This document shows positions 48,481 through 60,506 of a DNA stretch of 64,000 nt, in pieces (position 1 is the stretch's first letter; each line of letters opens with the position of its first letter). The stretch comes from Utricularia gibba (taxonomy: Eukaryota > Plantae > Magnoliophyta). The notes beneath the pieces were generated by a model, which saw only the letters and a program-made list of their open reading frames with translations, was not told the origin of the DNA and made no database searches. The stretch is taken from the NCBI GenBank assembly GCA_002189035.1, contig NEEC01000019.1, positions 1,426,001 through 1,490,000 on the forward strand, given 5' to 3'. The position numbers and the translations under genes were made by a program.

Positions 48481-48918
48481 TTCTCCTCACCCTTTTCCTT
48501 CTTCACTTGCTCAAGTTCTTCGAGGAGATCGAAATTTATTTCCACCGCAAGGGGAGCGTCGACGGACAACTCGATAGAGATATCAGAAACAAGAGGCAAT
48601 CTGTCATTCATAAACGTTACTACCTATATATACTACTTTACCAGCCAACAGACAACTCACGGGGCCACGGGACCTGCAGTGGTACCCTTCACCGGCTCTT
48701 TTTTAATTCGATTCCTCAGATCAGGCCTTAGCTTTAATGGCCACCCAGTTTAGTGGCGCTGTGAACTCAACCCACTGGGAAATCAGGTTATTAGTGAGCT
48801 ATTTTTGCCACAAATGGACCCAAGAATCTTTGGGTATTCTGCCTGGGTCTGACTCCAAGGAGTTTTGGGCTACTTGCTAGAGAAACCCTCCTTCTCCCCC
48901 CGCTTCGCTGGTCGCCGG

Positions 48919-51462
48919 ATGGCGTCGTTGAGGATTCTCCTCCGTCAGAGTCGCCGTTTTGGATACTGCGAATCGCCGTTGCCTCATTCCATTTCACGCT
49001 TTCGTGGCTTTTCTTCAGACCCAACTGTCTCTGTAGACGCTTCTTCAAACTCCGAGCCGATCAACAACAGTCGGAGCCCTCTTACACTCCAGCCTGTGTC
49101 TTACCAACCTAAGCCGAAGCCTCCACCTTCGGAAGAAGAAGTTCCCAAACCTCCGGCTGAAACGCAAGCAACCGCACAGGATGCTCAGGAACCTCGGTTG
49201 TGGACTCGAGGGGAAATGCGGTACATTAAAGATGCCCCGGTGATTCCACCTGTATCGTATGCTGCTCGTGTTGCTCCATTGCCAGAGTACCGAGGAGAAG
49301 TGAGAGAAAGGGAAGCTGGGGATGAACAGCAGGGCAGGGAGAGGAGAATGATAGAGCTTCAAAGGAGGCGTTCGTCTTTGAGATATGTGAAGGATGTTGA
49401 GGAGGACAATTTGCCATTCCCGAAGCTGATCAAGCCTGATACAGCGGATCAGGATACCAAGAAGAAGGAGAAGGTAATTTATGATCTCAAGGAGGCTATT
49501 CGTCTCGTCAAGGTCAGTTTTTTAACCAAGTATGCGTTATTTTCTTCGAATAAATTTCGTTTGTCAGCTTCTTTAGATTTGTTGTGTTAGTGGATTGAGG
49601 AGAATTGTGTATTTTTTAGGGGTTTAGGATTCACTTAGAATGTCACATTGAGATGATTGGATACTACAATACTGTTCCTATAATTAGTATTCTTCTGATG
49701 AGTTCTGCGTATCATACAAAAAAATTGGGTATTTTTTCCCTCTCGCGCATTACGTCCCCAGGTGCTTCATGGCTTGTTTCCAACAATAATTTTTTGATAT
49801 GCACTTTCAATATTTTGTAGGCTAATTCGAGGAAAACATTTGATGAGACTTTAGAAGTGCATGTTAAGATGTCTCCTGAGTTAAGGCGAACTGATCTGGT
49901 ATGTTCCATTTTTTTTTGGAAAGAGAATCCGTGAACAACATTATTTAAGCTCTTTTTCTCCTATGTGAAACGCAGAAACTGAGTGGTTTTGTGCGACTTC
50001 CTCATGGTTTTGGAAAGGTATAGATGTGGTTCTTCTGCTTGCTAATATCTGTCAAGATATTGCTCTGACGCTTTCTTGATTAATTCGATTCTTCATCAGA
50101 CTTATCGGGTGGCTGTTTTTGCTGAAGGAGCTGCAGCAGATGAAGCCCGAGATGCTGGAGCTGACATTGTTGGTGGCCCAGAGCTTGTGGAGGAGATAAA
50201 AAATGGTACTAAAAACTTCCTGCGTGCCTATTTTAATTAAGACGCCATTTTACACGTCATATTTTTAATTTTTTGCAAGGAGAATTGTCACATCACCACT
50301 AATAAGATGTTTTTTTTGGAAACACTGCATCATTCGTGTGTTCTCTTGTTATTATTGGTTGAATTTGGCCTGAAAGAATGGGAGGGGGATATGCATCTAT
50401 AGTTCTTTGCTGATTCCTCTGATTCAAGTATTGGAATATCACCTCTGTATAACTTGCAGCTGAATCAGAATATCGTTCTCTTACATTTTTTTGTGTGGGC
50501 AGGAGAAATTATTGATTCTTCTAAATAATATATTTTTCTTCATGCAGGAAATGTTAAAGTAGATTTTGATAAATGCATCTCTACTCAATCTATGATGGAA
50601 CATGTGAAAAAGGTTTTTACATTAGGTGCCTCTTTTTCCTACAATTCCCTTGTTCTTGGCATTTTCTCATTGAGCCATCTTTTCGACAGTTATCAAGGAA
50701 TCTTAAACAACTAATGCCAGACAAAAAGGTTAGTTCTTTATCACCCACCATACCTATGCTTCTACAGCTTGCGTGATTTTAGCGGACTTATCACTTAACA
50801 GAAAGGCACATTGACAAACGATATATCACGTGCTGTGAAAGAAGCAAAAGAGCAAAGCGTTCTTTTCAAGAAAGACAAAACTGCAATTGTGCACGTTGGA
50901 CTCGGGAAGGTATAGGCGTCATTCTCCTGCTTTTCAATCAGGTCACTTCCTGATGCATCCTGCTTTATTTCTGCAGCTCAGTTTCATAGAGGACGCCTTG
51001 AGTGAAAACATTGGAGCTTTCGTGAATGCCCTTTTGGTTGCCAAGCCAGCTGGCCTCAAAAAGAGTGAGTATATCTCGCCACATTTCTGCAGCAGCATGC
51101 TGTATTTAAGCTTGGAAACAGGCCAAGCACCATGTCTTCCTTTTCCCTGGAGCTAATATATGACTTTTCTTTCCTGCAATCAGGTTCCAAGTTTGCCGGA
51201 TACATCGACTCGTTCCACATTTGCAGCACGGTAAGCCATCTCAAACAAGTTGCTCGATTTCATAAACCAAAGAAAAGGATATATATTGTATTTGCTGGGA
51301 AGGGAGTGTCCTCCCAGTCTGGTTCACCTGCTCTTGCTGTTTGCGTTTAATCCTTATATCTGCGGAGGGTGTGATGTGCAGATGGGGAAGTCATTTCAAA
51401 TCTCAATACAATCTCTGTCCATGGCTGCTGATCGACACACCAGAAGATTGCAGCTGCAATGA
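48919..51462 (+). CDS. RPL1: Organellar (probably mitochondrial) ribosomal protein L1 with long N-terminal extension
   Basis: Arg-rich presequence [15 protein letters not shown]; [11 protein letters not shown]; FDETLEVHV; LPHGFGK; [15 protein letters not shown]; [13 protein letters not shown]; [10 protein letters not shown]; ICSTMGKS. Confidence 0.88.
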
Positions 51463-51906
51463 CGCGGAGGGGGAGACGGTACGCCATTCACCATCTGGAA
51501 TTGCAACCTCCGATGCAGCTTCTCCTTTGGTTATATGCTTTATTTAGAAATGGAAGTTATATCTTTCTGTTAATTTTTAAAAATTTCTTCGATTAAATTC
51601 AATATTTTAAAATGACCGATCAAATTGGAGTAAGGTATCTGAATTTATGAATTTTTAAGTTTGATTTAATAATTTTTATAAAAAAATTTAAATTAAATAA
51701 TAGTAAATTTAAATATATATTTTTATAATAAGTGAATTCGAATAATTTTTTTTAATTCAAAATAAAATTGAACCTTATTATAAAACACGGGTTAAATGTA
51801 TATTAATATAAATATATACTTCTTTTTCATCAAAAAATATATTAATATAAATATTATATATATACATATATTTTTTTTTTCTTTCTTTCGTTTATTTTTT
51901 TTAACT

Positions 51907-52002
51907 TGGGCTGAAATGGAACAGCCTCTCGGTTGATCATTTAAAAAGTGTGGAAATTTTGCTGAAACCTGAGGCTCCAAGCACAAAAACAAAGACTGGG
52001 CC
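51907..52002 (+). promoter_or_regulatory. Two site II (TGGGCY) motifs upstream of FtsZ1
   Basis: TGGGCT 51907-51912 and TGGGCC 51997-52002. These are short motifs, so chance occurrence cannot be excluded. Confidence 0.35.
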
Positions 52003-52028
52003 TGGTTCGATTCAAAAGCACGGGCTCA

Positions 52029-54299
52029 ATGGCGATGCTCAGAATCTCAGCTCCGCCGTCCTCGCACACCGTCGGACTTCCGCCGCGGCTGTCTGAGAAT
52101 GCCAGGTGTAGAATATCTCGCCGGAAAACACATTTCGACTGTGGAAGCAACCGCACTGGGGTGTACTGCTCCCTTGTGTCTACGGAGACTGCTAAAATTA
52201 AGGTTGTCGGCGTCGGCGGTGGCGGTAACAATGCTGTTAACCGCATGATTGGTAGCGGCTTGAAGGTTTTACTCGATTCCCTTTTGCCAATGTATTTTGT
52301 ACTATCGCCATTATGAGTGCGATGAGAGGGAGCGGCTAGTTCGACCTTAAGCTGGTTTTGGTTCTTGATTTTGGAGTTCACTCAGACCTCAGCTTTATAA
52401 CTCGTCTTTTTTTTTGGTTCTGGAGTATGAACTCTACGCAGACCTAGTGATTCTGTTTTCTTTTGGTCATTTCAAGTCAGTTCTCTTGTTGTCATTCCAA
52501 CTTTGTTACATATGTTCTTCTGGTTATGCCTCTAATTGAACTTTAAGATGTTCCTAGTGTCACATCTACTGCCTGTACCCAATTCCAGGGTGTGGACTTT
52601 TATGCGATAAACACAGATTCACAGGCTCTGCTGCAATCTGCCGCCGAGAATCCTATTCAAATTGGAGAGCTTTTGACTCGTGGCCTCGGTTAGCATCTTG
52701 TTTTTTCAACAATGATGAACACGATTTGAAGTTCAGTTGATTTTTTGTATACTAAATGATTTTTATTTTTTATTTTTTATTTTTTAAAAGAGTATGCATT
52801 CCCTAACACCTCAATGCAGGTACGGGTGGCAATCCACTCCTAGGGGAACAGGCTGCAGAAGAATCCAGGGAAGCTATTTCCAGTGCTCTCGTGGGATCAG
52901 ACATGGTATTTATAACAGCTGGGATGGGTGGGGGTACGGGTTCTGGAGCTGCTCCTGTTGTTGCTCAAATAGCAAAGGAAGCTGGATTTTTGACTGTTGG
53001 TGTGGTCACGTATCCTTTCAGCTTCGAAGGACGGAAAAGATCTACACAGGTAAGGTGGATTTTAAGTCTTTGAATTTGAAAGCACAGGTAAGTCATGCCT
53101 TGAAATGAACTGCATACTGTGCTCTTTGCAAAGCCCTAAGAGAATGTAACCGAGATTAGGCTAATGTGGTACTTCTTCTCTGTTGTGAAAATGAAGTACA
53201 CTGTATTGTCTAACCATACAACTTATGGAACTGTTAGGTTCCTGTATTGGATTTGGCTGGTAAATTTATAAACCATCTTATGTGGGGCAGCAATGCAATT
53301 AGCATCATCTTTCGGTGTCTATGGAACTGTGCTTCATCTATATTGGATATTCAATATCTTTATCTGGTATCTTTTCAGGCTCTTGAGGCAATTGAAAAGC
53401 TCCAGAAAAACGTTGACACACTTATTGTGATTCCTAACGATCGTCTCCTGGACATTGCTGATGAACAAACTGCCCTTCAAGATGCCTTCCTTTTAGCCGA
53501 TGATGTACTCCGTCAAGGAGTCCAAGGGATATCTGATATAATCACAGTGAGTGACAATGCAGATCCTGTTCTTCAAATGCAGTAACCTGCTATTTCTCTT
53601 CTGCTTTACTTTCTGAATTTGGATTTCTTTAAAGTCAACACATCTTGTACACTGCTTCTTGATGGAACAATATTTGTTTCTTGGGCCTGTGACAGATACC
53701 TGGCTTGGTAAATGTTGATTTTGCGGACGTGAAGGCAGTAATGAAAGATTCAGGCACAGCTATGCTTGGAGTGGGTGTCTCCTCCAGTAAAAACCGTGCC
53801 GAAGAAGCAGCAGAACAAGCTACTTTGGCTCCACTGATCGGTTCTTCTATTCAATCAGCCACTGGGGTGGTGTACAATATTACTGGCGGAAAGGATATAA
53901 CTCTACAAGAAGTAAACAGAGTATCCCAGGTATGAATTGTTCTTTCTCCCACTCATCTGAGCACCTAAGGCCTACACTTCCTCTTTTACCTCATCTTTGA
54001 AAAGATTGCACAGGATCTACTCTTTTTACTTTGAATTCCAGGTAGTTACCAGCTTAGCAGACCCTTCTGCCAACATTATATTCGGAGCAGTGGTGGATGA
54101 ACGATACAACGGAGAAATTCATGTCACAATTATTGCCACCGGGTTCACACAGTCATTTCAGAAGAACATTCTGACAGATCCCAGAGGAGCCAAGATAACC
54201 TCCGATAAGGCTAATGATGCTGCTAAACCTCTGGTCACGGTTGGCTCAAGTTCATCCCCTGCCTCTGCTTCACAGAGACCTGTTAGGAGGCTGTTCTAG
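52029..54299 (+). CDS. FTSZ1: Plastid division protein FtsZ1, 6 exons
   Basis: [19 protein letters not shown]; tubulin signature [13 protein letters not shown]; PFSFEGRKR; VIPNDRLL; NVDFADV; short C-terminus ending RRLF* without the FtsZ2 core peptide. Confidence 0.96.
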
Positions 54300-54566
54300 C
54301 ATTTCCTTGGCCTTTTGCGCGTTTTGTTCAGGCAACTTCTTACTTCAACTCCTGTTATGCATTCAATGCTTTGTTGCCCATGACATTACAATGCCTAACA
54401 CTGCGAAGTAGGTGTTCATATGACAATGAAAGCAAGATACAACGTAGAGCTAAACCTGTAGGAGCCAACTCTTTGGTTCCCAAGCCAAAAGTGAAACCAT
54501 CTGAATAACATAGAAACCGCTTCATGAACTTCAAACCAGGGGCAAAAAGGTGTACTCCTTTCCCTC

Positions 54567-56224
54567 TCAAATCCCCCTGTTAGGTGGCGGTGCACCCACC
54601 GGCGGACCATGAGAATATCTCCAAGCCCCACAAGCAGCACAGTTCTGAAGCTTCACTTCGTTCTCTAATGTGCAAAATCTACACAACCAACATGGAGTAT
54701 TGCTTCTTACATCCTTCGGTTTCTCGGCTTCGCAGGCACCACATATAGGAGCTAATGGCTGCAATGCAGTGTTTCAAATGGTATCATCAGAAAACAGTAA
54801 CGTTAATGTACTCAAATCCAAGACACTAAGACACTAGACAGCCAGTGGAGTTGGGATGGATGCAGTTCCATGGATTGCTTAAGTTTCCAGCTATGGCTAC
54901 TGATAAAAGCAAGACTTGCTGCCCCAAAACATTAGAAGTGTAATTTGACAGAGAAAAGAACTCACAGGGTTCATTAAGGTGCATGCAGAACATTGCCATC
55001 TCTGAGTGTCATCCGTGGTAGAGCAACAAGCTTCTCCAGATAAATGTTCCCGGCTAGCTTTAACTCTGTTAACAGAAACTGATTCCTGAATATTTGTCAA
55101 GTCTATTAAGGCGTCTTCTTGGTTCGAGCTAGGGGATTGGGATAAAGGAGCACCATCTGGCTCCCTGCTTCTTTTCCTAGATTCTGACTGTGTCTCGTTC
55201 TGAGCATTTCTGGTCCTTGATTCATCTGAACAGCATCCATTATCGAGGTTCATGGAACAATCTTGGAGCTCCTCCTCTGAAAATTCTGAGCCACACCAGA
55301 TATTATCCTGTAGTCTTCTCTCAGCTGCCATTGCAGCAGCTTGGACAGGAGTAAGTGCAACCTTTATAGAACTATCACCACCAACTTTCCTTGGTCCCGA
55401 TGGCAGCAATTTCCCAAGTTGACTTCTCTTTTCTGCAGCGGTCAATGCAGCTTGGCGAAGTGACGAGAGTGGATGCTTATAACCACCCAAACGCCTTCCA
55501 GGTATATCGAATCCTTTCCCTGATCCTGAAATTCCTCTGTTCATGAGGTCTTCACATTCCTGCAAAACATGTTAATAACTTGACATACGCTGAGAGCATC
55601 AATCTGAAATGGCACCAAACATGTAGCAATCCAATGTCCCTGTACATGATTCATGAGCTCATACCACTCCATATATGTCTTCCCTTTACATTGTCAATAT
55701 ACAGTCTCGTAGAATCAGTAAAAAAAAACGTAACATAGAAGATGCATACCTTTCGAATGTCATCCCATAACTTGTAAAAAGCAGCATTATGTGGACCATG
55801 GAGATTATGGCAAAGCTCGTGAAGCATGGTATCTAGGACTTCATGGTAAGGAATAAATTCCCTGTCATCGTTTGCCCTTCTAAGCCTCAATTTTACATGA
55901 ATCCCAGATCCCACGTTCAATCCCAGAAGAGAATTGTTCTTGGGGCTGTCATTTAACACAAGTTGATGAGCTTTAAACGCCATCGTCTACTTAACAAAGC
56001 AAGAACCATTTCTGGGTTCGCAAAACATGGAAAAAGAAACGAAGTTTAGAGAAGCAGGTATCATACTAGAACTCAGAGAGCAATTTGACCCTCCAGTTAC
56101 GGCTGCACATGATGGGTTGAACCTGCTTCGCGATTCTGTCCAAAATTTTCAACGCTTCGTCTTCCCCAGGCTTTCTCTTCAGCGCTCGGATCTCCCATAC
56201 TTTATTCAGATCGCCCAGATTCAT
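54567..56224 (-). CDS. WSS1A: WLM-domain metalloprotease with RanBP2-type zinc fingers (WSS1A-like), 4 exons
   Basis: MNLGDLNKVWEIRALK; QVQPIM..WRVKLLSEFYP; LLGLNV; TMLHELCHN (HExxH); GRRLGG; WQCSACTLMNP..CGAC and WLCRFCTLEN..CAAC fingers. Confidence 0.88.
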
Positions 56225-56421
56225 TCTCGAATATACAGTACAAAAAAGAAAGCGGTTCCGGATTCAACTGAGAGGTTAATGATCGAATGGCGATTGATTT
56301 CGAAGCCTGGAACACAAAAATCAATGCCTAGTTCGCAAAATGGCGGGCTCTCCACATCTCTTTTTTTTGTTTGAGAATCTTATTTATATTCATTTGGAGG
56401 GGGCTTTGCATTTTAAGCGCA

Positions 56422-58959
56422 ATGGTCAGTCGGTTCCTTCTCCCGGCGCCAAGCATTCCCAATTCTTGCAGCCGATGTCGATTCCTCCGGACGGCAGTCG
56501 TTTCCGCCGCCCGACGCCGCCACCACCGCCGTCTTCTCCTCAAATATTTCCCCAATCACACTCTGACACACTCTTCTTCAACCAACCCCCGCCCCCGCTC
56601 TCTATCCGCAAACTCTCCGATAACAGCATCCAAATAACCCTAAATTCTCCTCCCAATTCCCTTCAACATGCTGAATCAAGGGTCAATCAGCTCTTAGACT
56701 ACGGGAGAGAAGCTTTTGGTGACTTAAGGAGTCTCGTTACATATGATGAAGGCCGTGGGGGTGTAGTGATATCTTGCAGGAGATCCACTGTAGAGTTTTT
56801 TGCGGTACTGTTGGCTTCCAGTTTGTTACTAGCAGTTGCATTTCAGGGTATCTTCAATCGCAGAAGGAATGGCCGTCAAGGTTTGATTTATAGGAGGGAC
56901 AGAAGCTTGGGAGGCAGGGAGGTGTTGGTTGGTAAAAGTGAGTCCTCGAAACCAATTTCTAATCCTCTGAGTTCTTATACTTCCACGGAGTATTATCAGA
57001 AGAAAAAAGATGGAATTTCTCGAGGTAGAAGTAGAAAGGTGCAGTTGCCCCGGTGGTGGCCACAGGTAGTTGACTCTGAACCCGGTGAGACCTCAAATAA
57101 GGAGGAGTATCAGAAGATGGCTAACGAATGGGTTCGAGGTTTGATCCAATTTACTTGATTTTCTTTTTGTTTTGTCACTGGATTTTCAAAATCGTAAATT
57201 TGCATTCAAGATCGAATATTTATATTGCAGTTGCTTTATATCGTCGCAATGAATTTTCCTGTGATAATTATTTTGTTGGTTATGCAATTCCAGTGATCAC
57301 TGAATACGCACTGATAATGGGATACGGTGTTTTTTTTTTTTTTTTCTCATGTGTCATGGTGAAGAATCCAAACTTTTTATGGTGTGTGTTGCATGCCTTG
57401 ATGTTTCATTTTTTTGATGCACAGAAATCACTGATAGCAAAATGGCCGGTGAGGATGTTTCATTGGATGATATTGTTCAGGTAGCTAGATTTGTTGCTCT
57501 CTTCTGAAACTATTAATGATGTTTTTTCACCATGGATTTCTGAGCTGTTATGGTATGTTGTCCTTCACTCGGGACACACAAGATCCACGCTTAGGTAGCA
57601 TGGCACAAATTATGCATCTCTTTCGTCATTCTGCTGCTGCTTTTAATATATTCTTTTTACCAAAGCAGCAAAGTACCATTACATGGTAGTATTGTGTGTT
57701 TTTCTCCTATTTTGTAGTTACGTCATTTATGCAAGACATACGGAGTAAAGGCTCACATTAACACCGAAAATATGCGTGATTCATTGTATCGCGTATCTGT
57801 AAACTTTATTATCAACGCCTGTGAGAGGTAAATCCAATATATGTTGGGAGTTCTTCCATGATTTCCTTCCTGTCATGCAAATTTCAAAATTATTAGTCAC
57901 TTAATTTCATCATTTAATAGCACAGGAAACGCCACCTCCATCAGCATCAATGGTGAGGGTGTACATGAGTTTCTTGCTGGTCTTGCTGCTAATATTGGAC
58001 TTGAAAGCGCTCAAGCTGCAAGAATGGTTGGTGGGGCTGTTGCCGCATATACGCATTCGAAGATTCTGCAGTCTTGGGTACAGTGTGTCGTTACTGAATA
58101 TTTCTTGCAAAGATAATGTTACTTTCTGTGATCCATTTTCTTTATTTGTTGATTGTGGCGCCTTCATACATTTTCGTGAAACAAAACTTGTCATTGTGAT
58201 TACACCTATGATATATGTGCTGCAGGTGATGCCACTGGGGGTTTTAGTATAGGCTTTCTCCCTTATGTTGCTTTTTTTATCTTTTCCCTCCTCACCTGCC
58301 GCACTGAAATAGGACGCTAGTTTTGTTTGTTACTGATTCTAGTGTTTTTTAATTCCAGGCGCTAAAAGCTCAGGGTAAACAGTCAGAAGCATTAGCTGAA
58401 CTTTCCAAAATCTGCATCATTCATCGATTATTTCCTCCTCATAGGAATTCGGTATGGATCCTTCTTTGTTATTATTATTATGAGCCACTCTTAATGATTC
58501 CTAGTGCTTTGAAAACAAATGGCCTACTTAATATGTTTTTTTCCACGCAATGTATAATGAAAATTAAGTTAGTTAGCACTTGTTTGTTGGTGAGAATTCT
58601 CATGGTGTCTAGTTTGGGACTTTACCTTTTTGTCTGAATGCAGCCCGAGATGGAAATGGTTTCTGGGACTCTTGCCAAGTCTCTAAGTGTAGACCAAAGA
58701 AAATTTATATTGGATCTCTTCACCTCCATTTCTGGTGGAGACGTCCTCGAAAGTGTTGTGGAAGCGCTGGGTCTGGTATTCCATCTTTTTCATGACCCAT
58801 TCTCAGATGAATTACGATGCGCAACCTGTAGACTATGCCACTAGTTATATGACTGTCTACAAGACATACAACTCATGATTCTGAATCTTGTATCTCTTTT
58901 ACATGACTATTCGTTTCCTAACACTTGAGCTGCATCTTGATCGTGTAACACAGGAATGA
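56422..58959 (+). CDS. Conserved uncharacterised plant protein, probably organelle-targeted; N-terminus ambiguous (frameshift or second ATG at 56475), last exon uncertain
   Basis: In-frame spliced blocks GREAFGDLRSLV..VISCRRST; RRDRSLGGREV; LPRWWP; DDIVQ|LRHLCK; LAANIGLE; ELSKICIIHRLFPP; PEMEMV; EALGL, all with canonical GT-AG junctions. Confidence 0.72.
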
Positions 58960-60506
58960 TGAGAGGTGATCTCCGAAGTCAGCATCCATTCATCAAATAA
59001 AGTGTATGCGGCTGATTGCTCCTCGTCCTTTACTGTAAGATCTCCTTGATCACTTGGTTTTTTCTCCCGGATATGGAGTAACTTTTGGCTATGTGCTGCA
59101 GACTTGATGGTCTGTTATATATGACTCAGTGCAAGAAACACATGGAATCTTGAGCCCTTTTTCGTTCCATGTCCAGGAGCAAATTGATTAAGGTTGTTGT
59201 GATTGGAACCACGGCATTCTCTCTGAACATGTGGTCGAAATCCTGCTTGATATCCAAATGCCATCATCCTTGATGCATCAACATGTTGTGCTCAGTATCA
59301 AGAAATCATTATCATTACTATACATTCCTCGCTGTTTTTCACGAACCCACCATGCTTTGCTCTCTCAGACACACTCCTTGAGAAGTGCGCATTTTTTAGA
59401 GCATGGGGTGCCCCCATAGAGTGACTGCTACAGTATACCACTACTGATAAGCTGCTGCTGTGTTAAAGAATTTGACTGAAAACCAGGCAATAATTCTTCC
59501 TATGATGCGTGAAGCTTATTGGGTGGTTAGCCAGCGTATTGTTTTCCCAGAAAGGCTGCACATGCCATCTCAATTCGCAAGTCTCTCAGTCCCACCGACG
59601 GGCCGGACAGGGACGAAGAGATCCTGCCCGTGACATGAGGAAGCCGATCCAGATCTTGCGTGGTAGGCCTCACTCTCTCTGTCGCCGTTGATTGGATGTC
59701 CCCTCTGATTCATCACCCTTCTCCTTCCATCTACCTGCGGTTTTTGTACGAGGGCGAAATAAACCTAATTTAACACCTGACTTGACCTAACCCTAGGGAC
59801 CAGCGTCTACTATGTTTTGGGTCGTGGCAGTTACCGTTGTTTCTTTTTTCATTTTTGTTTTTGGTGGCGAAATCCTTACGTCATCCTTCAAGAAAATGAT
59901 TAATGGCAATGGCTGTGCTGGACCTGGCTGGGGACAAATCACTGGGTGTGGGTTCTCCTTTTTGGTTTTGAGAAAGTGGACACAAAAAAGGTGGAAGCTT
60001 TAGTGACTTATTCCCTTCCAAGTGCACACACTGTAGAAAAAGTAGAAAGTTAGATTGGGACTTGGCTGGTTTCTGGGTACTGAAATCCAAGCAACCTTTG
60101 GGAAAATGGTTCCGTGAAGAGTAGAACAAGCTGCGGTGCGTTCTCAAATACGTAATGGGAAGGTACCTTTCATGTTTCGGGTTCTTCTTCGACAGTTCAG
60201 TGAATCATCTTTTTTTTCACAAGATTCTGTCGTCTTCTGCGCTTGTGTAATTTTTAGTTTTCTTGCAGCCGTCGTTTAGTTCCAGACGAACCAGATTTCG
60301 GGGAAGGAGATTCTGCATAACGTCCTGGTACGCCGTTTCTTCTGGGTTGAGCTTTTTTTACGTTTTTTTTAGGAGTTCTTTGTAGATTGTGTTGTGGTTC
60401 TTGATGATAAGCAAGGATTTTAACCTGAATTGGGAGTTTTTGAAGTTAATGGCTCTTGGAGATGGTGTAACCTTAATCTGGCTTGTGTAGGGGAATGGCT
60501 GGGATC

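Noticed and set aside
11462-54299. Possible metabolic or plastid gene cluster (ISPE, MTHFR, YjbQ, SAD, FtsZ1, SLOG protein)
   Set aside because: The genes belong to unrelated pathways and are interspersed with housekeeping genes; ordinary synteny explains the grouping.
52029-54299. Bacterial contamination or horizontal transfer suggested by FtsZ, L1, YjbQ and DprA-like genes
   Set aside because: All have spliceosomal introns and targeting peptides; they are ordinary endosymbiont-derived nuclear genes.
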